From an uncultured Bacteroidia bacterium (GTDB taxonomy: Bacteria > Bacteroidota > Bacteroidia > Bacteroidales > CAJPTX01), in NCBI GenBank assembly GCA_963540065.1, contig CAUTNK010000008.1, forward strand, positions 20,447-84,446: DNA of 64,000 bases, in the 5' to 3' direction. Under the pieces are notes generated by a model. That model was given only the letters and a program-made list of their open reading frames with translations. It was not told the origin of the DNA and made no database searches. Position 1 is the stretch's first letter. Every line of letters starts with the position of its first letter. Positions 36,462 to 47,829 of this stretch are shown here, piece by piece. Made by a program: the position numbers and the translations under genes.

Positions 36462-37738
36462 AAAGTCGCTTCTCGATCTGCACCTAGCGAGATGATCGAA
36501 ATGGGGACTCCCGTCTCTTTCTCGATAAAGCTTATATAGGTTTTCAGCTCACTAGGGAGTTCGTCGTATTTCTTGCAATGGGCAATATCCTGTTTCCAGC
36601 CCTTAAAGTCCTGATAGACAGGTTCTGGTTGGGGATAAGCGGTATAGGGCAGGTGCGCGATACGCTCGCCATTTTGTTTGTAAGCGGTAGCCACGCGGAT
36701 CTGCTCAAAATTTGAAAGGACATCGGCTTTTGTCATAATCAGATCCGTAACCCCGTTGAGCATAATTGCGTATCGTAGTGCCACAAGGTCGAGCCACCCA
36801 CAACGCCTAGGACGCCCCGTAGTAGCTCCGAATTCGAAACCTTGATTGCGTAGCTGATCGCCCACCGTATCGTGAAGCTCTGTAGGGAAGGGTCCTGCAC
36901 CTACACGAGTACAATAGGCTTTGAAAATGCCGTAAACCCTACCTATTTTTCGAGGTGCAACGCCCATTCCTGTGCAAGCCCCCGCACAGACTGTACTGGA
37001 AGAGGTTACGAAGGGATAGGAGCCAAAATCGACGTCGAGCATCGTACCTTGAGCTCCCTCGGCAAGGATATTAGCATTTTGGGTTAAATAGTCGTTGAGC
37101 AAATACTCAGTATCTACCAACGGGTATTGTTTGATATACTCCGTAGCTGCAAACCACTTCTTTTCCGCCGCTAGGAGGTCGTTAGTATCTACAAAATCGC
37201 CCAAAATTCGCAGGTGTTGTTCTTTTAGCGTGTTGTAAAGCTCTGGGAAATTGGGAGCTTGGATATCGCCCAGACGCAGACCATTTCGGGCAGTTTTGTC
37301 GGTATAGGTAGGTCCGATGCCTTTAAGGGTAGAGCCTATCTTTTGTTCTCCTTTTTGCGATTCGTAAAACGCATCTAGGTAGCGGTGCGTTGGTAGGATG
37401 AGGTGCGCCCGCCGCGAGAGTTTTAATTGCGTTCGAAGATTAATCTTTTGCTGCTCGAGGGTCTCAATTTCCTGCTGCAGGGAAATAGGATCAATCACCA
37501 CACCATTCGCAACAATATTTTGCACCCCGCTACGGAAGACTCCGCTCGGGATAGTATGTAGGACGAACTTTTGCTCTCCAAAGACTAGCGAGTGTCCGGC
37601 ATTAGGACCTCCTTGAAATCGCGCAATGACGTCGTATTGTTTGGCGAGGACGTCGACCACTTTCCCTTTTCCTTCGTCTCCCCACTGCAAGCCCAAGAGC
37701 ACATCAACGCGCCCAGCACCCTGATCCTTCGTTTGCAT
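36452..37738 (-). CDS. purA: adenylosuccinate synthase
   Basis: 428 aa with the P-loop GLQWGDEGKGK and motifs GIGPTY and GTTGRGRR-like ATTGRPRRCGW. Confidence 0.97.
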   Translation of the reverse strand: MQTKDQGAGRVDVLLGLQWGDEGKGKVVDVLAKQYDVIARFQGGPNAGHSLVFGEQKFVLHTIPSGVFRSGVQNIVANGVVIDPISLQQEIETLEQQKINLRTQLKLSRRAHLILPTHRYLDAFYESQKGEQKIGSTLKGIGPTYTDKTARNGLRLGDIQAPNFPELYNTLKEQHLRILGDFVDTNDLLAAEKKWFAATEYIKQYPLVDTEYLLNDYLTQNANILAEGAQGTMLDVDFGSYPFVTSSSTVCAGACTGMGVAPRKIGRVYGIFKAYCTRVGAGPFPTELHDTVGDQLRNQGFEFGATTGRPRRCGWLDLVALRYAIMLNGVTDLIMTKADVLSNFEQIRVATAYKQNGERIAHLPYTAYPQPEPVYQDFKGWKQDIAHCKKYDELPSELKTYISFIEKETGVPISIISLGADREATLCR

Positions 37739-37839
37739 ATCTCCGTTTTTTGCATGTGCCTATTTATCGCACCCTCACGCGCTTGGGCACATACTTTTTA
37801 GGGTACTAAGATAGGTATTTTAAGCTAGGGTAGTGCCGA

Positions 37840-38331
37840 CTAATTTCGGTGATCCTTCAGGCAATCCTCACAAATGCCGTAAAAATATAGCGTATGGTGG
37901 GCGACACGGAAGTGCAGCTGTTCGGCGACGGAGTCCTGAATTTCTTGTATGCGCGGATCACAGAATTCGATAAGCTTACCGCACTGTGTACAGATCATGT
38001 GGTCGTGCTGTTTACACTCGTAAGCCCGTTCGAAGTGCGCCATATTTTTGCCAAACTGATGTTTGATCACCAATCCACAATCCAAAAGAAGTTCGATGGT
38101 ATTGTAGAGAGTTGCACGACTGACCTGATAGTTTTTGTTCTTCATGAAGATGTAGAGAGTCTCTATGTCAAAGTGACCTTCGCGCGAATATATTTCGTCG
38201 AGGATTGCAAAGCGTTCTGGCGTTTTTCGGTGCCCTTTTTGTACGAGATATTGGGTAAACAGCTTCCTTACTGTTTCTTTAGTATTGGCACTGGGGGATA
38301 GTAGTGGATTTTTCTCGTTTCGTTCTTCCAT
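37840..38331 (-). CDS. Fur family transcriptional regulator
   Basis: 163 aa with a winged-helix region ([13 protein letters not shown]...[12 protein letters not shown]) and metal sites [11 protein letters not shown]...CEDC. Confidence 0.85.
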   Translation of the reverse strand: MEERNEKNPLLSPSANTKETVRKLFTQYLVQKGHRKTPERFAILDEIYSREGHFDIETLYIFMKNKNYQVSRATLYNTIELLLDCGLVIKHQFGKNMAHFERAYECKQHDHMICTQCGKLIEFCDPRIQEIQDSVAEQLHFRVAHHTLYFYGICEDCLKDHRN

Positions 38332-38353
38332 GGCACGTCGTTAAAATTTTAAG

Positions 38354-38361
38354 CAAAGGTA
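38354..38361 (-). promoter_or_regulatory. possible -7 box (TACCTTTG) for the fur-purA unit
   Basis: The minus strand matches TAnnTTTG 23 nt upstream of the fur ATG. No clear -33 element was found. Confidence 0.3.
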
Positions 38362-38420
38362 ATAAATAGGCTTAATTTATAACTGTTCTTTTTTGTTATA
38401 AAGCGGAGGTATGACATTTT

Positions 38421-38451
38421 ATTGTTTTGAAAAGAAAAAAACGTACTTTTG
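38421..38451 (+). promoter_or_regulatory. possible tRNA-Pro promoter (-7 TACTTTTG)
   Basis: TACTTTTG is at 38444-38451, 13 nt upstream of the tRNA. An upstream ATTG lies at 38421-38424 (19-nt spacer), or TTTTG at 38425-38429. Confidence 0.4.
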
Positions 38452-38464
38452 CATGGTAAATGTT

Positions 38465-38539
38465 CGGGGTGTAGCTCAGTCCGGTTAGAGTATACGTCTG
38501 GGGGGCGTGGGGTCGCTAGTTCGAATCTAGTCACCCCGA
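38465..38539 (+). tRNA. tRNA-Pro (GGG)
   Basis: It reads CGGGGTG-TA-GCTC-AGTCCGGTTA-GAGT-A-TACGT-CTGGGGG-GCGTG-GGGTC-GCTAG-TTCGAAT-CTAGT-CACCCCG-A, with G37 as expected for tRNA-Pro. Confidence 0.88.
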
Positions 38540-38548
38540 CAACAAAAG

Positions 38549-38585
38549 GGAATGATAGGTTGTTAGCTTATCGTTCCTTTTTTTT
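38549..38585 (+). terminator. intrinsic terminator after tRNA-Pro
   Basis: An 11-bp stem pairs 38549-38559 with 38567-38577 (two G-U pairs), followed by T8 (38578-38585). Confidence 0.65.
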
Positions 38586-38826
38586 GCGAGGAGTTTGAAA
38601 ACTTTTTGCAAACGTTTTTTTTACAGACTCGTTACACTTTTTGCTTTTTAAGAGCACGAGACCTTTTCTTTAGAAATACGACAAGCATTCGAATGCGGAG
38701 GAAAGGATCTTATAACGCGGAACAAGCTACCTTCCTACTCTTAGATGTGCACTGAAATTCAATCCTACAAAATAACGGACACAACCGAGCTTTTTTTTAG
38801 AACTTTACCGCCAAATTCGTACTTAA

Positions 38827-40125
<1,299 letters not shown>

Positions 40126-40179
40126 TTAGCAAGTCTTCTCTGTTTTAGGAAACAGACACTTGTATAAATTTTGATTGTA

Positions 40180-40209
40180 AGGACATATTCTTCGGAGTAT
40201 GTCCTTTTT
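40180..40209 (+). terminator. intrinsic terminator after eno
   Basis: The stem pairs AGGACATA with TATGTCCT (8 bp) and is followed by TTTT. Confidence 0.6.
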
Positions 40210-40314
40210 GTATCCTACAATTTGGATCTGTTTTGGCAATTATGCAATATTCTGCATCGGAATTTAGCCAACGAGGGCAAAATCAATATCTTTGCCTAAA
40301 CTTAAGTGGTGAGG

Positions 40315-43113
40315 ATGCAGCAGAGTGACGGCACGTTATGTCGACGAGGATACTTTATTTTACCTCTATTATGCCTCCTGTTGTTTCCGTTTCTGACCTC
40401 ATTTGCTGTTACTGCGAAAAAGAAAAAAGCACCACCAGAACCTTACCCGACACTTACAGAAATCCTAAAAAAACAAGAGTTTGCACGTGCCGAAATATTA
40501 GCAGACTCACTCATCCGCACGGGTGATACTGCAACACGTTTGCGCGAAATACTAGCCTACACCCTGCTATCGCAACACAAAACACTTCCACGTGCCGAAC
40601 AATTGCTACAGGACTGCCCACAAACCCCTTATCGCCTCTACCTCTTGGGAGAAATACTCGCTCTACAATACAAATTTCGCGAAGCGGCACAAGCCTACGA
40701 AGCGTATATACCCATAGCTGATAAACGTGTCTTCTCCGACATCGAAGCGCGCCAACGGGCTATTGAATGCAAGAATGCTTTACAGCTTATACAAACTACG
40801 TATCGCCCTATTCTTTACCATCAGGCAGCGACGTCTTGGGATTCTATTACGCACCATCCCCTGCTAGCGCATCTCCCATATCGTCTGCTACCACTCCCTG
40901 CGGCACTGTACGGAGGATTTGATGATGCGCAACTAAAACCACCCACCTACATCGCTTATCCGGATGCTATGAATGTGGGGAGTAAGGTCATCTTTGCCAA
41001 CAGACGATCCCGAAAAGGGCAACGCGATCTGTATCAGGTAGAAATGCACTCCGACGGACTCTGGAGTCACCCCGAGCTCTTAGTACCTACCATCAATACC
41101 TCTTTCGACGAAGCGCTAGGAATCCTCACTGCCGACGGGAAGACGCTCTACTTTACCTCACGTGGGCATTATGGAATGGGGGGATTTGATATCTTTCGCA
41201 CGACCTACGACCCCGTGACCCATACTTGGCAAGCGCCCGTAAATTTGGGTTTCCCGTATAACACACCCTACGACGACTACCTCTTGGGGATTCCTGATGC
41301 TCGAGGTCGAATTGTAATTGCTAGCAACAGAGCTACGCACCCAGATAGTATCCAACTTTTTACGTTGTCTTACGACCCAGAACAACTCTGCGAGAAGCTA
41401 ACCGATAGTACACACCTTGAAGCACGTGCACTATTTCAGGTAACCGATGCTGTAATATCGCCTCTCTCCGCGCCTGTTACACAACACCGTAGAAATGTAC
41501 AAACAACTGTACAAAAGACACAGTATCGTGACGTAGATGCAGACCCTGAGTATCAATCGCTTTTACAAAAAGGCTACGAACAGCAACGTATTGCGGATTC
41601 GCTTCGAATCGACTTAGAAAAATATCGCGATCGGCTCTGGTATGTCAAAACGAGTACGGAACGAAAAACCCTCGAAAGTAAGATTACCGATTTTGAAGAT
41701 CGAATGCTAGCAGCACAACGCAAAGCAGACAGTCACTTCGTAAAAGCCAGTCGGATCGAACAGGAGTATATTGTTGGTCAGCGTACCACAGTTAATAAAA
41801 ACACCGAAGGTGCTTACAGTAAGGATGTTCCCTCCGATCTCCACTTAGCGAAACCCGCCGCCAGTGTGATGCAAGCCAACGAGCTACGAATACTTGCAGA
41901 AATTGCTCGCCAAGCACCTACCTTTTGGTCTGAGACGCAAGAACTCTGGAAACAGTATCGAAAAATCTACCAAATGCTTAACGATACCGTATCTTCTACG
42001 GTATCCATCATAAAAGCCGAACATGAAGCCGCACTACAGAGCCAAATCTTTGTAAAAAAATACACCCAAAATATACAGACTCGTCGCCGAATTTTTAGCG
42101 AGTGTCTAGCTGTGGCTTATATGAAGGGGAATCGCGATGCGAAGCCCTCTATTTTTGCCATGGAAGCAAAAGCAAAAGAATGCTACGCTTTCGCACAAAC
42201 CCTCCTTAACAACATTGATGAACAGGATGAAGGGCGCTCCGCTTTTTTTGCTCTTTTAACTGAAGAGATCGGTAACCTCTACTACGAAGTCTCGTTCACC
42301 TATGCGTGGAATATGGACGCTTACCGAAAGCGTGTACTTAAACGAATTGAAACTTACGAACCCTATTTACTTGGTGAGGCGAACTCCAAACCTATGCCTC
42401 CTACGCCTTCGGAATCGCAACAGTCCTCCATAATAAGAGGATCACAAGATAGCATTACAACGCCTGTCGCTCCGAATGCTCCTACAACTGCACCAGTACC
42501 TATTGAGACTTTAATCGACTTAGAAGGCTTGCAAATACAGAATCCGTCTCCCTACCCCACCGAAGACGATGTGCCGCGCGACGTTACTGCTCCCTCTGGC
42601 GTAATTTATCGCTTACAACTTGGTGCGTATTCTAACCCTATAGATCCTGCACTCTTTCAAGGGATGGTGCCCATTGTAGCCGAAACCTTGCAGGGCGGGA
42701 AAATCAGGAAATACTATGCTGGAGCTTTTCGTCACAAAGCAGATGCCGAAAAAGGGAAAGCAATAACCACACAATGTGGCTTCCCAGACGCATTTATAGT
42801 AGCTTGGTACAACGGGCGTAAAGTAACCTTAGCCCGGGCATTGTCCGTTGAAAATGATCCCACTTCGGCAGCGCAACCCCTCGAACCTAATGCTACTTTT
42901 CGAGTAATCGTAGGTACTTACGCAGGCGAACTACCTAGCTACGTGGCAGAGACACTACATCTGTTAGCCCCCGAAAAAGAGATCAGCCAAGAGCCCCTAA
43001 ACGACGGACGTATTCGCTACACAATAGGCGACTTTACCGATCGTGGGCAAGCAGAACGACTCCGCGACAATCTCCTCGGGAGTGGTTTTTTAGAAGCGGC
43101 TCTGGATAACTGA
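40315..43113 (+). CDS. large exported protein: TPR-like region, PD40/TolB-like beta-propeller repeats, coiled coil and two C-terminal SPOR domains
   Basis: It has a signal/TM segment (YFILPLLCLLLFPFLTSFA). A PD40-like repeat reads DEALGILTADGKTLYFTSRGHYGMGGFDIFRTTYD. The SPOR-like segments are YRLQLGAYSNP...YYAGAFRHKADAEKGK and FRVIVGTYAGE...YTIGDFTDRGQAERLRD. ATG 40315 was chosen; GTG 40306 is also open. Confidence 0.7.
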   Translation: MQQSDGTLCRRGYFILPLLCLLLFPFLTSFAVTAKKKKAPPEPYPTLTEILKKQEFARAEILADSLIRTGDTATRLREILAYTLLSQHKTLPRAEQLLQDCPQTPYRLYLLGEILALQYKFREAAQAYEAYIPIADKRVFSDIEARQRAIECKNALQLIQTTYRPILYHQAATSWDSITHHPLLAHLPYRLLPLPAALYGGFDDAQLKPPTYIAYPDAMNVGSKVIFANRRSRKGQRDLYQVEMHSDGLWSHPELLVPTINTSFDEALGILTADGKTLYFTSRGHYGMGGFDIFRTTYDPVTHTWQAPVNLGFPYNTPYDDYLLGIPDARGRIVIASNRATHPDSIQLFTLSYDPEQLCEKLTDSTHLEARALFQVTDAVISPLSAPVTQHRRNVQTTVQKTQYRDVDADPEYQSLLQKGYEQQRIADSLRIDLEKYRDRLWYVKTSTERKTLESKITDFEDRMLAAQRKADSHFVKASRIEQEYIVGQRTTVNKNTEGAYSKDVPSDLHLAKPAASVMQANELRILAEIARQAPTFWSETQELWKQYRKIYQMLNDTVSSTVSIIKAEHEAALQSQIFVKKYTQNIQTRRRIFSECLAVAYMKGNRDAKPSIFAMEAKAKECYAFAQTLLNNIDEQDEGRSAFFALLTEEIGNLYYEVSFTYAWNMDAYRKRVLKRIETYEPYLLGEANSKPMPPTPSESQQSSIIRGSQDSITTPVAPNAPTTAPVPIETLIDLEGLQIQNPSPYPTEDDVPRDVTAPSGVIYRLQLGAYSNPIDPALFQGMVPIVAETLQGGKIRKYYAGAFRHKADAEKGKAITTQCGFPDAFIVAWYNGRKVTLARALSVENDPTSAAQPLEPNATFRVIVGTYAGELPSYVAETLHLLAPEKEISQEPLNDGRIRYTIGDFTDRGQAERLRDNLLGSGFLEAALDN

Positions 43114-43216
43114 ATTCGTGGTGAGCGCATCCCGCCAATGTAACAGTTTGCAGCAGCAAGCTCACAATAAGGCAATCGTAGAGCAAAGTTCAGTATTCAA
43201 AGAGCAATAATTGCTA

Positions 43217-43717
43217 TTATTTTCGCACTGCCGTTACTCGCGCTACAGTCTGCCATTCGTCGTTCTCGTTTATTTGCTCTTTTCGCCAAAGAAAGGAGGA
43301 CGACTTTATATCGGAAAATATATAGCGCATCTTCTCTGTCGTATTTTCGATCAGGATAATCTCCTCGCCAACCTTACTAGCTGTCAATCGGATAGCTTCG
43401 CCCATACAGCCGTAAAAGATATCCCACAGCAAAGTTTTAGGATTAAAAATGCGAAGCGTGGTTCCATATTCTGCATCGGGCTGTTTGTCTCGTAACCGTT
43501 CTGCACGCGAGGGAACTATAAAGAGGTCTTGCACGGCTGTACCGTCCAGAATTCGCGAGAATAGCCATTCGCCCTTTACTCGTCTTGGTACGGGGGCTTC
43601 CAAATGATCGTTCCACACAATGTCCCATTCGCCTATCAAAGTACCCCAAAAATCGTATTCTTCGGGTATTCTCTCGCTTAATGTATTGGAACACAAGGCG
43701 GTAATAAATTCAGTCAT
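43217..43717 (-). CDS. hypothetical protein (166 aa, W-rich, no signal peptide seen)
   Basis: It is a clean ORF, convergent with the SPOR gene, that I cannot assign to a family. The periodic GEW/W pattern could indicate a small beta-barrel fold, but that is a guess. Confidence 0.55.
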   Translation of the reverse strand: MTEFITALCSNTLSERIPEEYDFWGTLIGEWDIVWNDHLEAPVPRRVKGEWLFSRILDGTAVQDLFIVPSRAERLRDKQPDAEYGTTLRIFNPKTLLWDIFYGCMGEAIRLTASKVGEEIILIENTTEKMRYIFSDIKSSSFLWRKEQINENDEWQTVARVTAVRK

Positions 43718-43799
43718 TATACTGTCTTTTTTGTAGTGTCTGAAAAAGAGTCTAGCATTTTACCCCAAACGCAGTAGTATAAAATAAGCTCAGCTTAAC

Positions 43800-43829
43800 A
43801 AAAAAAACGCCGCAAGATAATTCTCGCAG
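43800..43829 (-). terminator. intrinsic terminator after gldN
   Basis: The minus strand reads CTGCGAG-AATTAT-CTTGCGG (7 bp including two G-U pairs that form only on this strand), followed by CG and T8. Confidence 0.5.
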
Positions 43830-43869
43830 CGCCTTCGCGTACATTAATTTTGTTATTGCTGTGTACAAA

Positions 43870-44841
43870 CTAAAATTCCCACAAGTCGTGTTCGGTATTA
43901 AAGATATCGTAATGAATCCTCTCCGATTCTAACATATTGGGGATACCGCCCTTTTTATACTCGTTAACGGCTCGATTCTCGTATTCGTTCGACTCCCGAA
44001 TTATATAGGAGTCGAAACGTCGCTTAAAGATCAAATCGTCAAAAGAAATAGACTGCGCGTCATTCCTATTATTATAGGCTGCAATATGGGTTAGAACCTT
44101 CCTTGCTTCGGGATAATAAACCCAGAAAGCCATGGATAGCTCCATATCGCCACCACTTCCGTTCAGGTTAACTGTTTCCAGAATAGGGCAAATCCCTAAT
44201 ACTCGCACCTCCAAAAGAGAGCGTTTGGAATCAAAAAACCATTCTTCTTTAAGAAGAAGTTCGCGCACATCCTTAAAACGCATTTCGGATTCAACCACGA
44301 AAGTGTCAATCTTTCCGGTCTGAATATTAGGCATAACAATAACACCTCCCTCGGTATACATTTGTTTATGCACATCCTCTAGGGTCATGCGCTTTACGAA
44401 TTCATCGCCGGGCGAAGAGAAAGAAGGTAGCGGATCGTATGCATAGATCTCCTTATTCTGGATAGCATCATAAAGGGCTTGAGTGATGCTTTTCCTATCG
44501 CGCATCCGTACTGTGGGGTAGTAGAGCGGAAGATTAATCTTTTGTCGGAGGTCGATCTTTCGCCAGATAATCTTAGACCAGAGGACGTCGGCTTCCCGTA
44601 CGTAGGTGTAGGGGACAGGACGTCTTTTTTCTGGTATTGTAGTACGTTCGTAAAAGCCCAGAGGGGGCATGTTGGTGGTATCTGGTTCGCCGTTTTCGAG
44701 GTAGCCGACCTCTATTTTCTGCTCATTCTCCGCACCTGCTGCACTTCCCTGATTATTGTTAGTAATGGTAGGTTGCGCATAGGCAACCGATGCGATACAG
44801 AAAGCCAAGACAATGGAACTATATAAAAAACGAATTTGCAT
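43870..44841 (-). CDS. gldN: gliding motility / T9SS protein GldN (PorN)
   Basis: 323 aa with a signal peptide and the conserved block YTYVREADVLWSKIIWRKIDLRQKINLPLYYP. It is the last gene of the gldKLMN block. Confidence 0.85.
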   Translation of the reverse strand: MQIRFLYSSIVLAFCIASVAYAQPTITNNNQGSAAGAENEQKIEVGYLENGEPDTTNMPPLGFYERTTIPEKRRPVPYTYVREADVLWSKIIWRKIDLRQKINLPLYYPTVRMRDRKSITQALYDAIQNKEIYAYDPLPSFSSPGDEFVKRMTLEDVHKQMYTEGGVIVMPNIQTGKIDTFVVESEMRFKDVRELLLKEEWFFDSKRSLLEVRVLGICPILETVNLNGSGGDMELSMAFWVYYPEARKVLTHIAAYNNRNDAQSISFDDLIFKRRFDSYIIRESNEYENRAVNEYKKGGIPNMLESERIHYDIFNTEHDLWEF

Positions 44842-44882
44842 TCAAAAACAACTCCTAACAAACGAAATCCAATAAACGGGAC

Positions 44883-46520
44883 TTATTTAATCGTGTAAAC
44901 TTTCGATTCTAGCCTACGTTCCTTCCCGTCCGCACCTCTTACACGGATATTAGTAATGGTAACTTGTGAGCCGGAACCGACGGCAGCAAACATTTTCTTC
45001 TGATCTGGCGTAAACTGCGGTCCCTGTGCGTCCTTTTTTATAGTATACCCATTGACGTTAACACCGACCGTAAAACCCAAGACTTGGAACTTCATATCGA
45101 AATCGAAATCTTTCGGGAATTGTGCTTCAATCCCTTGCGCGACGCTAAGAAGAGCTTTTGTAATTTCTGTCATCTTAGCATCCATCCCAAACAACGATGC
45201 CACCGGGTCTGGCAGAGCTTTTACTCTAAACTTTTTAACACCCATTCGTTTGGTTGTGCCTCCTTCCGTAGCAGTAACCGCTATTTCGCAAACCCCTTCC
45301 TTAGTAGGACGTGCTATATAGCCACTTGCGGCTTTTCGGATAGTGCCCCCGGTCATCGATACCGAAATCCGGTCGGAACTTATCCCCGATACCGAGACCT
45401 CGATAGGATTTTCTATACCTAGGTACAAAACGTTCATCCGAGTAGCACTCACGGCAGTTGATGGTTCTGCCACTGTATACGAATGCTTAAAGGGTTTGCG
45501 AATGGGGACGCCATCCGGACCTATAATTTCTATCAGACCGCTCCATGCAATGCGACCGTTGGAAGTGGCCGGCATACGGTAAAGCCCACGCCCAGTGGAA
45601 GATACTGGTATGGTATCATTTTCATGCCCGGGACGCATAGAGTAAATCCACTCGTCCGAGGTATCGCTTTGTACCGAGTCGTACGCTCCGATATAGACCT
45701 TCGGGCGTTGTGTAGTATCGCTAGCAGCTAAGAAGACCTCAGCCTTAAACTCTCCACCACGCATGATATAGTCGGAGTTCGGGATCACAACGGGGCTAAT
45801 CTTATTGAATTTGAAATCGCCGGCGTCGACCCGATTTAGGAGGTAGGACATCATATCAGCTTCTGCATTCAGGACGTCCACCTGTACCTTGGTAAGTTGC
45901 GGCAGTGTAGCTATAAGCGGGATGTGTTCGAAACGGTAGCTTTCCCACGAATGCTCGATACCATCCTTTGTCGGTGGCGGATTTTGGGTATCCAGCATTT
46001 GCTCGATATTTGCCAGTAGGGATGCGTCACGATTTTTGTCTAGGTAGGAAACCAAGAGTGTCCGAAACTTAATCAGCATCTCTTTTAAGGTACGCGCATT
46101 GCCGTCGAGGATCATCACCTGTGCGGGGATATCGGTATTCGATGCTACTTCTAATCGCTGACTATCGACATCGCCGTCCGGTAACAAAGCGGGGCTATCT
46201 TTCCCCTCTGCCGTTTCGACGATCTTATACTTAAGCCCCTTGACAAATTCGACAATCTCCAGAGCACTCTTATGTACGAGCTCAGCTTTTTCTTTCCAAG
46301 GCGCGACCTTTTGCTGGTTTAAGAGCTCAGCTTCCACGAATTTATTCATCGTTTTGGCATTCTTGTCGGCATAGTTCCGTGTCGTAAACGACAAACCTCC
46401 ATCTACAAGTGCAAACGCATTCAAAAGCTCAGCGGAGACGTTCATAGCAAGCATAGCCGTAAGCATGAGATACATCATGCCTATCATTTTCTGCCTCGGT
46501 GTCTCTTTTCCGTGCCCCAT
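44883..46520 (-). CDS. gldM: gliding motility / T9SS protein GldM (PorM)
   Basis: 545 aa with the hallmark N-terminus PRQKMIGMMYLMLTAMLAMNVS (a TM helix) and a large periplasmic region. Confidence 0.9.
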   Translation of the reverse strand: MGHGKETPRQKMIGMMYLMLTAMLAMNVSAELLNAFALVDGGLSFTTRNYADKNAKTMNKFVEAELLNQQKVAPWKEKAELVHKSALEIVEFVKGLKYKIVETAEGKDSPALLPDGDVDSQRLEVASNTDIPAQVMILDGNARTLKEMLIKFRTLLVSYLDKNRDASLLANIEQMLDTQNPPPTKDGIEHSWESYRFEHIPLIATLPQLTKVQVDVLNAEADMMSYLLNRVDAGDFKFNKISPVVIPNSDYIMRGGEFKAEVFLAASDTTQRPKVYIGAYDSVQSDTSDEWIYSMRPGHENDTIPVSSTGRGLYRMPATSNGRIAWSGLIEIIGPDGVPIRKPFKHSYTVAEPSTAVSATRMNVLYLGIENPIEVSVSGISSDRISVSMTGGTIRKAASGYIARPTKEGVCEIAVTATEGGTTKRMGVKKFRVKALPDPVASLFGMDAKMTEITKALLSVAQGIEAQFPKDFDFDMKFQVLGFTVGVNVNGYTIKKDAQGPQFTPDQKKMFAAVGSGSQVTITNIRVRGADGKERRLESKVYTIK

Positions 46521-46612
46521 TTTAACCTCTATTCTTCTTCAACCAACACAAAAGTGACCAAGGATCACTACGATTTATCACACTCCGTAAAGTCTCTATT
46601 CACGGCTACACG

Positions 46613-47779
46613 CTATCGATTCGCGAGAGTGCCCATTGCGGAAAGCATATTCCCGTAAATGGAATTCAATCGCGAAACGTTGTCAGCCAACTGACTTACA
46701 GATTTACTATAGCGCGCGGTATCCTCATTCGCTTTTTCTAACATCTGTTGCAGCATAACTTCCACTTTCTTATTAACCTCGTCGTTAGCTTTTAAGCGAG
46801 CTTGTATATTCTGCAACTGCATATCGTGCGCGGCATTCAATGCGGCTAGGTTCTTGTTCATGGTAGCCAACTGTACTCCGGCCTCGGTAACTTCCTTATC
46901 AACAGAGTTGCTAGCCATAGCGAGCTTATTAGAGGACTGTTGTACGATGTCCTTAAAACTCGTGCTGAAGGCAATCCCTGTATCCGTGATCTGCGCAGAC
47001 GTTTTTTCGAAACTATCCGCCAGTACCTTTGCTTTTTTTGATAAGAGTGAACCAGACTCCTCGTAGGTACCTGCGAACTTACCAACAGCATCGCTTGCAC
47101 GTTCCAGATTCGTAGACATAGACTCGGTAGCAGCCACGGCTCTCGATATCTTAGCAATACCATTACTAGCTTCACTCAGATGTTCGAGTCCTACACCGAT
47201 CTTGGCAAACAACTCGGGACCTATCTCTGCCTTTTCCAACATATCGTTGAATTTTTCAGTAAAGACAAGTGCCCCCGACATAGCTGGCATCGCCATCGGT
47301 TGTTGAACGATAGGCTGTTGTACAACGGGTTGTGGAGCAGGTTGTGGCTGCGCTGCTTGTTGTACGGGTTTATTAGGAGTATCCGCAGCTTCAGCATTCC
47401 GACTGACCGCCGTCTCTAAAGTCTTTACCAAGACACTGTTACTTTTTGCAAGTGCCGACGAGATGACACTCTCAAGCATCATCATATCTATCCCGCCGTT
47501 GCCTTTATCCTTGGGTTTGCGGATATCGTCGGTCATACCTGCTAATTCTGGATAGACAATAGACCAGTCTACTTCTTCCACTACAGGTTCGAAAGCCGAG
47601 AGGAAGAAGATGATAGCCTCCGTAATCATACCGACCAAGAGCATAATACCGGCACCTGGGTAGTGCTGCAACTTAAACAAAGCACCCAATAGTACGATCG
47701 AAGCTCCCCAACCATACACGTACTTCATGAGGGTCTTGTACTTGGACCCTTGTACTATTTCTGATATATTAAACCCCAT
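46613..47779 (-). CDS. gldL: gliding motility / T9SS protein GldL (PorL), long form
   Basis: 388 aa with two N-terminal TM helices carrying the conserved motif (YGWGASIVLLGALFKLQHYPGAG...ITEAIIFFLSAFEP). A Q/P-rich linker and a coiled-coil tail follow. Confidence 0.85.
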   Translation of the reverse strand: MGFNISEIVQGSKYKTLMKYVYGWGASIVLLGALFKLQHYPGAGIMLLVGMITEAIIFFLSAFEPVVEEVDWSIVYPELAGMTDDIRKPKDKGNGGIDMMMLESVISSALAKSNSVLVKTLETAVSRNAEAADTPNKPVQQAAQPQPAPQPVVQQPIVQQPMAMPAMSGALVFTEKFNDMLEKAEIGPELFAKIGVGLEHLSEASNGIAKISRAVAATESMSTNLERASDAVGKFAGTYEESGSLLSKKAKVLADSFEKTSAQITDTGIAFSTSFKDIVQQSSNKLAMASNSVDKEVTEAGVQLATMNKNLAALNAAHDMQLQNIQARLKANDEVNKKVEVMLQQMLEKANEDTARYSKSVSQLADNVSRLNSIYGNMLSAMGTLANR

Positions 47780-47829
47780 TTTACTCCTAATTTAGTGAGT
47801 CTCTATCTATTCAGTTAGTAGTCCCAAAG

